Assembly: GCA_963739305.1 (NCBI GenBank)
Contig: CAVTZU010000035.1
Coordinates: forward strand, 1-45,412
Direction of reading: 5' to 3'
Length of the DNA stretch: 45,412 nt
DNA from: Candidatus Bathyarchaeota archaeon
GTDB lineage: Archaea > Thermoproteota > Bathyarchaeia > Bathyarchaeales > Bathycorpusculaceae
The notes under the pieces are model-generated. The model saw only the letters and a program-made list of their open reading frames with translations, was not told the origin of the DNA and searched no databases. Positions within the stretch are counted from its first letter, which is position 1. The number at the start of each line of letters is the position of its first letter. Shown here piece after piece: positions 37,895 to 45,412 of the stretch. Made by a program: the position numbers and the translations under genes.

Positions 37895-38254
37895 TTGGAG
37901 AAGAAACCCGTTGCGATCATTTCGGCTTCTTTTCAAGCGAAGGCGCTGAACGCCGAGTCAGTCACGACTATCGCCACAAGTTTTCTGAAGAGGATAGGTA
38001 ACAAAGGCGGTTTGAAGCCTAAGAGAGTTTCTTTGGAGGAAGGAGTCTACACGGTCGAGATTGAATTGAAGAAGCTGTCCGCGGTTGTCAGGGTTGATTC
38101 TGAGGCACATGAAATCAGGGGATACGAGATCCAGCCAAAGAGTGAAGAATCTTCATCTTCGTCAATTTCTCCTAAGGTAATAATAATCGTCGTCGGCGTG
38201 TCAGTCGTCGTGCATATCGGGCTGAACTTTGTTTTAAAAATGTTCGGACTCTAG
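37895..38254 (+). CDS. Hypothetical protein, PepSY-like fold with C-terminal TM
   Basis: NAESV..IA..FL......V.LEEG.Y.VEIE.....VRVD.....I..YE then hydrophobic helix. Confidence 0.6.
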   Translation: MEKKPVAIISASFQAKALNAESVTTIATSFLKRIGNKGGLKPKRVSLEEGVYTVEIELKKLSAVVRVDSEAHEIRGYEIQPKSEESSSSSISPKVIIIVVGVSVVVHIGLNFVLKMFGL

Positions 38255-38379
38255 GTTTGTTTCTCACTGTGGGTCTTCGAGTTTGTCTAGCGCGCGCTAA
38301 ATACATAAACACATGAAGCAATAAAATCTTAAAAGTGCGTACACCCGTCGTATACTGTGTGGATAATGGTGAATTGAAA

Positions 38380-39057
38380 ATGACGGCAACAACGTCGAGA
38401 TATAAGTACCCCATCGAGTACGAGCTGAATCCTATGTCAGTGGATAAAGGAAATAGCTGGCTAACATTGAAACTGAAAAACACGTCAAGGGACACTCTTA
38501 GAGGAGTTGACGTACAATTGCACTCTTTGGATACACATTACCTAATGGTCTATGGAACATGGTGGGGATTTGGATCTGGACAATACCTTAAGGAGTTTAA
38601 GCCAAATGAAGAGGTCGAACTGGTTTTCCGGATTGATGCATTAGGGTCAGCTGATGTATATATCACCATTATGGCACGTGAAGAAAGACACTACTTCTGG
38701 TGGGAATCCGGCTGGACTCACATCTCCGTAGGCGAGGAAAAAGCGATACTCGAACGCCTATTTGTGCTTTCGCACCCATATACGAAAATTGGAAAGACCC
38801 TCTCGGCCGAGGCAACCGTCAAGGGCGTGAGAAAAGGTGCAGGATTGAAACTGGAATTCTGGGTGGAACCCCCCTCAGGAAAGTCTGAAAAGCAGTCCAC
38901 AACAGAAATAAAGGAACTTTCCCCCGGAGAGGAAGCCCGTTACTCAGCTGAGTTCACGCCCAAAGAAGCGGGAGGCTACACTATATACGCGTATTTATAC
39001 GATGATTGGCAAAGAATAGGGCACAAGACAAATTACATCTATGTTCAAAGCCAATAG
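38380..39057 (+). CDS. Hypothetical protein with two Ig-like beta-sandwich domains
   Basis: LTLKLKN, L.PGEE.RY..EFTPKEAG.Y.I.AY; ATG 38380 after GGTGA; no signal peptide. Confidence 0.7.
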   Translation: MTATTSRYKYPIEYELNPMSVDKGNSWLTLKLKNTSRDTLRGVDVQLHSLDTHYLMVYGTWWGFGSGQYLKEFKPNEEVELVFRIDALGSADVYITIMAREERHYFWWESGWTHISVGEEKAILERLFVLSHPYTKIGKTLSAEATVKGVRKGAGLKLEFWVEPPSGKSEKQSTTEIKELSPGEEARYSAEFTPKEAGGYTIYAYLYDDWQRIGHKTNYIYVQSQ

Positions 39058-39115
39058 CAATCACCAAGCCAACTCAATCTTCAACTCCCTTTTTTTGTTT
39101 AACAAATGACACCCC

Positions 39116-39134
39116 TACGCATGCGCGCGCGCAC
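39116..39134. repeat. 19-nt perfect purine-pyrimidine alternation including (GC)5
   Basis: tacgcatgcgcgcgcgcac read directly. Confidence 0.85.
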
Positions 39135-39285
39135 TAAACCGTTACAAAGAATCTTTCTTCACGAAGGTTTTTGTAACAATTACTAATTTTGGAAAACTTA
39201 CCGGCAATGTTGGAAGAACGGCAAAAGTGTAACAAGTTACTTTGCGCGCGCTCTTCAACGTGCAATGAAAGAAACCGGTTGGTTC

Positions 39286-40584
39286 TTACGTGCTTGTCAG
39301 TTTTTCCTCAAAGTCGACTATTCTACTTTCGTCATGCGCTTGCGGATGTTGAAGCGCTTCGTATATTCGCAAAGTCTGTTTTGCTGCTTCCTTCCAGGTG
39401 AAGTATTGCAGTACTCTTTTTCTGCCACTCTGTCCCCATTTCTTCGCTCTGTCGGCGTCGCATAGGATCTCTTTGATTCCCCACGCGATGTCCGATGGGT
39501 TTCCTCCGTTTACATGTACGCCATTTTGGTCGGGGCCTGACGGTACGACTTGTTCTCTGAAGCCGACTACGCCTTGTGCGCCGACTATTATTGGTTTTTC
39601 CATCGACATTGCTTCAAGGCTCACTATTCCAAAAGGCTCGTATGTTGAGGGGAATATGCATGTGTCCGCAGCTGCGTAGTGTAGTATTCGTTCTTTTTCA
39701 GGGATGAACTCAAACCTGCACGCGACTTTTTGGCTTATTCCAAGTCGGTTTGCGGCCTCGGTTATATCGTTTTGTTGTTCGCCTTTTCCGAGAATAACGA
39801 GTTTTGTGTCTGGGTACTCTGCGAGGACGGTTGGCATCGCTTGGACAAGGTTTGTTACTCCTTTAACCCAGGTGAGTCTTCCGCAGAACAGGATCATTTT
39901 TTCTTCCGGTTTTATGTTGTATCTGTTCCGTACAGCCTCTACGTCTTCAGGCTTGCAGTTTTGTCGGTTATAGCGGTCGGGGTCTACTCCGTTCCAGACT
40001 ACGCTTATCTTGGATTTGGGCCATCCGTGTCTAACTAGGTCTTCTTGCATGGCATGGCTGACCGTTATTATCTTGTCGACTTTCTGAGATGTTGCCCATT
40101 CAAGGTGCGATACGACTTCTGAGCCCGGTCCACCCGCTCTTCCCCACTCCGTGCTGTGTACGTGGAAGCAGACGGGGGTTTTGGTTTCGTTTTTGGCCAT
40201 TAGGCCCGCGATGCTGCTAAGCCAGTCGTGGACGCAGACTACGTCGTAGTTTAAGTTTTCTTTTTTGAGCATGCTGTTTATGAATTTGCTTGCGCTTAGT
40301 ATGTTGTAGATGAATATATCGTTGAACATTCGGATGTTGGTGCCCCATTTTTTCAGGTCGTCGGTGACAAACATTGGGAAAACGTTGCTGGCATCAGCAA
40401 TTAGCGGTCTGTGCACCTCGACGCCCTTCATGATTTCTCTTGTTTTCAGGTTTCCAGCGTTGAGCGTGAAGACTGTCACGTCGTTTCCCATTGAGACGAA
40501 TTGGCGCGTTATGTAATCTGCGTAGGTTCCTAAGCCGCCAACGAGGGCAGGTGGGTATTCCCAGACGAAGAACCCGATTCTCAT
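39286..40584 (-). CDS. GT4-family glycosyltransferase (glycogen-synthase-like)
   Basis: WEYPP..VGGLG, HDW, HSTE.GR, NGVD, GRL..VKG, PS.YEPFGIV.LEAM. Confidence 0.92.
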   Translation of the reverse strand: MRIGFFVWEYPPALVGGLGTYADYITRQFVSMGNDVTVFTLNAGNLKTREIMKGVEVHRPLIADASNVFPMFVTDDLKKWGTNIRMFNDIFIYNILSASKFINSMLKKENLNYDVVCVHDWLSSIAGLMAKNETKTPVCFHVHSTEWGRAGGPGSEVVSHLEWATSQKVDKIITVSHAMQEDLVRHGWPKSKISVVWNGVDPDRYNRQNCKPEDVEAVRNRYNIKPEEKMILFCGRLTWVKGVTNLVQAMPTVLAEYPDTKLVILGKGEQQNDITEAANRLGISQKVACRFEFIPEKERILHYAAADTCIFPSTYEPFGIVSLEAMSMEKPIIVGAQGVVGFREQVVPSGPDQNGVHVNGGNPSDIAWGIKEILCDADRAKKWGQSGRKRVLQYFTWKEAAKQTLRIYEALQHPQAHDESRIVDFEEKLTST

Positions 40585-40737
40585 TTAGAATACACCGCTT
40601 TTGGTTAGTTGTGGACACGGAATGACTTGTAGGTTGTTCAAAAGACACCCTCTTGTTAGAAGGCACTGCGATGTCGAATGGATAAATAGGTTATGAATTG
40701 CGAATTTGAATTGGTCCTGTGGTTCTACAGTACCTTC

Positions 40738-41259
40738 TTACTTGGTGGGTGGTGCGCTTACGACTTCAGGGGCAGTCTTTTCAGCAGTCTGCGGCGAAGG
40801 TTGAGGCTGCTGCTGGGGTTCTAAGGGTTTCGTGCCAGTGTTTTCTGGCAGTATCTGGATTTTCTCTTGCATGGGATGTAAGAGATCAGGAGGAGGATAA
40901 GGTGTGTCCAGAAGGGAGGATAAAAGATAGATGGAATTGAAAACGTGTTGATAGACGGTGAAGAGAATTTGAGGAAGCTTAGTTTTTGGGTTTATCTCTA
41001 GCCTTTTGTTTATGTCTTGTGTGCTGCCTTCCAGGACAATCGCTCCGGAAGTTGAGTATTTCGCTATATTCGGCTTTGTTTCGAGCAGAAGGTTAAAGGA
41101 GAGCGTGAGCTGCGAGTTGGTTTTCTTCTGTTCTTCGATCTTCGCGTTCACGTTGAAGAAGACGTCTTCGCTCGGCGTGTTTTCGCCCATTCTTTCCGCT
41201 TGAAGGCTATCTATGCGAATGGAGACTGTTACTCCAGAGACGGAATATTTTGGGCAAAT
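40738..41259 (-). CDS. Hypothetical protein, possible SecB-like fold; N-terminus extends past the tracked ATG 41190
   Basis: Frame open upstream (KYSVSGVTVSIRIDSLQAER); four beta-strands, long helix, TPYPPP, Q/P-rich tail. Confidence 0.6.
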   Translation of the reverse strand: MCPKYSVSGVTVSIRIDSLQAERMGENTPSEDVFFNVNAKIEEQKKTNSQLTLSFNLLLETKPNIAKYSTSGAIVLEGSTQDINKRLEINPKTKLPQILFTVYQHVFNSIYLLSSLLDTPYPPPDLLHPMQEKIQILPENTGTKPLEPQQQPQPSPQTAEKTAPEVVSAPPTK

Positions 41260-41361
41260 AGGTGATTCCTCTGGACCTTACCATTGTTTACTTAACGTCT
41301 TAAATATTGTTTTGTCGTTTTGTGTGTAGCTGCTGTGACAAGCATATTGAAGCTGCTTTGT

Positions 41362-41925
41362 TCAGTGGTTCAGGGCTGGAACCGTGAATTCCGCCTCGAA
41401 TTTGTAATCTTGAATGGTTTGTTTGCTGTCTCTGGTTTGCAGCACGAGTTTTTCCGGGATGTCGTCTTTGAAAAAGACGATGTAGTTGACGTTTTTTCCG
41501 AGCCCTATGCGTTCGAGCTGTTGGAGGGTTGACTTGAATCTGTCCAGTGCTTGAGTTTTTTTGTTGATTTCTTCGATTGCTTCAAAGAGGATTTCTGCTT
41601 CACCTTGCTCTGTTGAACATAGGAGTATGTCGCCTGATTGAATCCAGCAGGAAGATTCGTTTTTTTGGGATTTTCCCTCGTTCTTCTTTTTTCCGTTTTG
41701 GGAGGGCTCCGCAGCCTTCTTGGGTGATGCCCGCTTGTTTTTTTGCATCGTGGCTGATTTTTGGACCCAGCTTTCGTTCTTGTGTGTTTCTTCGCAAGTT
41801 CGAAGCAGGGAACCCAGCCATTCACTATAGTCTTCAGCCAAGGTTTTGTATTGAGTAATCTGATAGACAATGCTGTCGCTCATTTCTTTCATGGAATAGA
41901 ACGTTCGGATTTCTGTTCCCATCAT
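41362..41925 (-). CDS. Hypothetical protein (helical, Lys-rich linker)
   Basis: GGTGAGGT SD; two amphipathic helices flanking a KK-rich linker. Confidence 0.75.
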   Translation of the reverse strand: MMGTEIRTFYSMKEMSDSIVYQITQYKTLAEDYSEWLGSLLRTCEETHKNESWVQKSATMQKNKRASPKKAAEPSQNGKKKNEGKSQKNESSCWIQSGDILLCSTEQGEAEILFEAIEEINKKTQALDRFKSTLQQLERIGLGKNVNYIVFFKDDIPEKLVLQTRDSKQTIQDYKFEAEFTVPALNH

Positions 41926-42139
41926 ACCTCACCTTGTTCTATGCTCTCTCGATTTCTTCGCCTGATCTTTCTTTTTCAGGCATACCCGCTGTTGAATCTC
42001 TTTCTTGATCAATGTAGGGTTTCCACGAATAAGAGAATTTGTGTATCATGTTTGCTACATACTGGTTTGTTCGTGTCAGCCCTCGTATTCGCTATTTAGC
42101 TGAGGGAATTGAAGAATTCTCATTCTTTTGCGAGACAGC

Positions 42140-42655
42140 TTAGGAAGTGGCCTTTGAGACTGCTCTTGACATCTTCTGGACTTCTTTCGTTATTGATGAG
42201 AGAAACTTCATTCGTCCTTCGATTTTCTCTCTGTGAGTTTTGAAGAGTTGTTTCAGTGTCGGTAAGACATCCTCTAGGACGGCGGTCATTAGGTCGCGGT
42301 TTTCTTCTTCGATCAGGTTTTTCATGATCATGCTTCCGTCTCGGTAGAGGAGCATGAGTTGTCCAGTTGGGTCGATGCTTGCTCGTGCAACGTCTCCCAA
42401 TTGGTTTGGGAGAGCTTCTGTCGAGACCTGAATTGTTGCCACGAACGGTTGCATCAGTTTTACGAACGATTCGAAGAACTCGCCCACGAGTGTTTCTTCT
42501 TCAGAGGTTAGTTCACAGATTTGTCCTATGTCGTCCTGTACGCTTTTGAGCGAATCAAGCAGTTCTTCAAGGGAGACCCTGGGTTTTTTGTGGTTTGGTT
42601 GATCTTTGGCTCGAATCAGCACTGTCTCCTCTGGAGGAGTTGTTTGTTCACTCAT
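42140..42655 (-). CDS. Hypothetical coiled-coil protein
   Basis: 171-aa ORF with N- and C-terminal heptad helices around a small beta region. Confidence 0.72.
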   Translation of the reverse strand: MSEQTTPPEETVLIRAKDQPNHKKPRVSLEELLDSLKSVQDDIGQICELTSEEETLVGEFFESFVKLMQPFVATIQVSTEALPNQLGDVARASIDPTGQLMLLYRDGSMIMKNLIEEENRDLMTAVLEDVLPTLKQLFKTHREKIEGRMKFLSSITKEVQKMSRAVSKATS

Positions 42656-42990
42656 GTGGAGTCATTACCATGCTTAGCCTGTGTGCCGTTGAAAAGTTCT
42701 TGTACGTTACACGCCTTACAGACACGGATCGGCAGGAAAAATTGCAGCGATAGCTGCTGTTATGTGTTTCTTTTGATGGAGGGTTCTTCTTTGTTTAGTG
42801 ATTTGTCGTTTAGAGCAAGTGTCGTATATCTTAATACGCAATATTTATATCGTCTTCGCACCTTGTAACATGTTGTTCAGGGGACACTGGATTGAGTTAT
42901 AAACATCAGGGCTTGAAAGAGACAGCTGAAGCCAGCAGAGTTGAGGAAATCGCCTCTTTTCGACGCGAGAAGTTCAAGGTAACAGTGTCC

Positions 42991-43944
42991 ATGAACAAAG
43001 AGCGACCGATGTCGCAATCTCCTCTTTATAACAAATATGACATCAAGAGGTACGATCTACACCCCAACTACTCGTTTGCACACTTGTCGGACATGATACC
43101 CAAGAACACTCCTGAGTTCATCGACAGCGGACAACATTATGTGGAGCGAATTACTCGTGCGCTCTACTACTTCAAGCAATGCTCTTTAATCGGTCCCTCG
43201 GGGACAGGAAAAACTCACATCGTCTACCTCGTTGCCGAACTATGTGGTCTGCCCGTGTGGGAAGTCAACTGTGGCCTGCAGACTTCCTCGTACGACTTGA
43301 TCGGGCGTTTCATCGGTCTCGGAAAGGACAACTGGGTCGATGGGCTGTTGACCAGGTGGCTGAGGCTGGGGGGTATAATGTATCTCGATGAAGCCAACAT
43401 GATGAAGCAGGATGTTGCAACAAGACTCAACCCTGTTCTTGACACACGAGGGCACCTAGTGCTGAACGAGAAGGACAACGAGTGTGTGGAGAGGCATCAG
43501 TTTGGATATTTAATCATCAGCATGAATCCGTACTCAGCCGAGTTTGCTGGAACGAAACCGTTGAACGCTGCCATGAGAAGGCGAATGGCAGTGTGGATAA
43601 ACTTCGACTATACGAGTGTTGGAGAACAGATTTCGCCGGAAGAAGTGAAGATGCTGATGAAACGAACGCGTTTGGATGAAGATGTCTCCTCCAAAATAAT
43701 TCGAGTTGGTGCGGAGCTTCGAAGGCAGTATAAGGCTGGTGATCTTCCTTATGGTCCTTCTTTGGGTGACTTGATCAATTGGGCGACTCTTATCCATGAT
43801 GGCAACACGGTTCATGCGGCTGCTGACGAGACAATCGTGGCGGTCACTAGTGATAACGTTGAAGTGCAGGACGATGTTAGGCGAATCATAGAATCAGTCT
43901 TTCCTAAGGCTTCTGATGCGGGACCCCGAAACAATCCACGGTAA
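42991..43944 (+). CDS. MoxR-family AAA+ ATPase, CbbQ/NirQ/NorQ type (start 42892-43009 uncertain)
   Basis: Walker A GPSGTGKT, DLIG, DG.L, Walker B YLDEAN, sensor SMNP, PLN.A.RRR, C-terminal PS..DL..WA lid. Confidence 0.9.
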   Translation: MNKERPMSQSPLYNKYDIKRYDLHPNYSFAHLSDMIPKNTPEFIDSGQHYVERITRALYYFKQCSLIGPSGTGKTHIVYLVAELCGLPVWEVNCGLQTSSYDLIGRFIGLGKDNWVDGLLTRWLRLGGIMYLDEANMMKQDVATRLNPVLDTRGHLVLNEKDNECVERHQFGYLIISMNPYSAEFAGTKPLNAAMRRRMAVWINFDYTSVGEQISPEEVKMLMKRTRLDEDVSSKIIRVGAELRRQYKAGDLPYGPSLGDLINWATLIHDGNTVHAAADETIVAVTSDNVEVQDDVRRIIESVFPKASDAGPRNNPR

Positions 43945-43949
43945 TCATC

Positions 43950-45412
43950 ATGGGATTTCTTGAATATGCTCTGGGTCTCTCCTTTCAGAAAGACAATCTC
44001 AAAACAAGAATTAGAGCAAATCCTCGTTTTGTAAGACCCACCCTCGCGCGAAGTGAAGAGGGGTTTGATGTGAACTTGCCCGTGCCGACTGCGTCTGAAG
44101 AAGGAAACATTCATTTCTTAGGTTCAGAGTTTTTGGCAGATTCGGTCGGGAAAGCCAAAGTCGGAAGGCTATTCAGGGCCTGTGTTTTTCACTTAACTGC
44201 TCACACCGTGATTCCCGGCTTTATAGAGAATTCCATGTCATTAAGTAGGCCCACGAACGTGGAAGCTTTTTCGGAATCTATGGTGAATGATGTCTACGTT
44301 AATGCTTACATCTCGGCCAGGCACGCAGACAAGCTTCCGGACCTAGCTTACGCCAACGCGCTTGCTTTTGCCAAAATGAAAGCTGTCGACAGAATCTTCA
44401 ATCCATCAACCAGGATAATGTCAGCTTTGCTTTCGAAAATTCACATGGGAATGTTGAAGGGGAAGCTTTCGCAGGAAGAAGGAAACACAGTCGCTCAGTT
44501 GAATGCGAGGCTTAACCTGCTTGCGAAAGACATTTTGATGTCTCTTAACGGCAAGGAAGTCAACGTCGAAGAAATGGTCAGCGAAGCATTAAACTACGTG
44601 ATACAATCCATCGAATCAAACGGCCCCATATTGGAAGCGCCATGTCTCCCCTACACTGAACAACATGGGAGAACAACAATTTTCGTTGACAATGAAATGC
44701 CAACTGACGCCGAAATCGAGAAGGTGTTCAGGAAATCTATGGAGACTTATGGAGGAATGACTTCGTCAGAAGGCTCGGTTGACTCACTCTGGAAGAACCA
44801 ATCAGACGCGGAGGCTTGCCAGGCATTTGATACTTGGCATGCTCAAAGGGCTCGTGAACAAAGGATCTTGGAGAAGCTGAAGGAGCACGACGAATGGAAT
44901 AGTTTCAGGTCCGTGGAGTTTCCCGAGGAGGACTTGACGCAATACTTCCGGGCAAGGGCTTTACTTGCCGGAGGGAGTCGGCGGCTATTGGACAGCCTGA
45001 GAGTTGCTCAGGACGCTCTGGATGAAGATCCAGGCAAGGAGATGGGGCAACTCGATCTCACAGCAGTCATTCAGGTGCTCGCAAGCAAGAAGCCGGCAAC
45101 AGATGTTTTCATGAAAGACGAGTATCTCAGCAAAAGCTTCGCTTGGACGATTCTCTTGGATGTAAGCGAAAGCATGCGAATCAAGAGTGAATTTGCGCGG
45201 GCCGTCGCCGTATGCATTGCAGAGGCGACGAAGGAACTCCTTATGGATTCTGGTTCTTGGACCTATTTCGCCTTCAGTGATCGTTTTTTTGTGTTGAAGG
45301 ATGCGTCAGAAGCATACTCCAACAGAGTGCGCGCAAGGCTCGGTGGGCTCAGGTTTGGAGGCTTGACTTACATGCCTGAAGCCATGCAATTTGCAGGAGC
45401 CGTTCTTGCTAA
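43950..45412 (+). CDS. vWA-domain protein (NorD/CbbO-like partner), truncated by the window end; not in ORF track
   Basis: My translation is open from ATG 43950 (MGFLEYALG...) to the last base; G.LDL..VIQ, ILLDVSESM (MIDAS DxSxS), AFSD, GLTYMPEA. Confidence 0.88.
   Translation, partial: MGFLEYALGLSFQKDNLKTRIRANPRFVRPTLARSEEGFDVNLPVPTASEEGNIHFLGSEFLADSVGKAKVGRLFRACVFHLTAHTVIPGFIENSMSLSRPTNVEAFSESMVNDVYVNAYISARHADKLPDLAYANALAFAKMKAVDRIFNPSTRIMSALLSKIHMGMLKGKLSQEEGNTVAQLNARLNLLAKDILMSLNGKEVNVEEMVSEALNYVIQSIESNGPILEAPCLPYTEQHGRTTIFVDNEMPTDAEIEKVFRKSMETYGGMTSSEGSVDSLWKNQSDAEACQAFDTWHAQRAREQRILEKLKEHDEWNSFRSVEFPEEDLTQYFRARALLAGGSRRLLDSLRVAQDALDEDPGKEMGQLDLTAVIQVLASKKPATDVFMKDEYLSKSFAWTILLDVSESMRIKSEFARAVAVCIAEATKELLMDSGSWTYFAFSDRFFVLKDASEAYSNRVRARLGGLRFGGLTYMPEAMQFAGAVLA

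Noticed and set aside
41937-42049. 36-codon minus-strand ORF (MIHKFSYSWKP...) between the hypotheticals
   Set aside because: Short, with no motif or clear SD; unsupported
42892-43944. GvpN of a gas-vesicle cluster
   Set aside because: No GvpA/J/L/F-like genes; vWA partner and C-terminal lid fit the CbbQ/NorQ type
1-45412. CRISPR array, IS or transposase, integrase, rRNA
   Set aside because: No regularly spaced repeats, transposase or recombinase motifs, or rRNA-like sequence recognised

Overview
Archaeal genomic window, most likely Candidatus Bathyarchaeia (TACK). This is inferred from TFB-Gar1, Alba, L7Ae-S28e-L24e, L40e, an archaeal initiator tRNA, an Ftr-family gene, dockerin/CARDB surface proteins and frequent TTG/GTG starts. 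1-14.7 kb is accessory: redox and DNA-alkylation repair genes (AlkD, AAG/MPG, Tag, a 5'-truncated msrA, nitroreductase), a DEAD-box helicase with small Cys-rich genes, two frameshifted secreted proteases, tRNA-Gly and a beta-helix surface protein. 14.8-33.4 kb is core: purM-purS-purL-purQ converging on purF-purD-HAD-ftr-like-pfkB, then aspS, a KH protein, alba, an Lrp regulator-sucC-sucD, rpl40e, DUF116, tfb and gar1. 33.5-45.4 kb holds kynureninase, ribosomal protein genes, tRNA-iMet, a GT4 glycosyltransferase, hypotheticals and a MoxR (CbbQ/NorQ-type) AAA+ ATPase with a vWA partner cut by the window edge. Best candidate for a new system: the purine cluster covers steps 1, 2, 4 and 5 but has no PurN/PurT. 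Directly after purD, translationally coupled, sit a HAD hydrolase, a divergent Ftr formyltransferase and a PfkB kinase, suggesting a methanopterin-dependent GAR formylation route. Second signal: alternating (CG)n tracts are confined to accessory regions and sit exactly at gene-truncation junctions. All family assignments are by eye, with no database searches.
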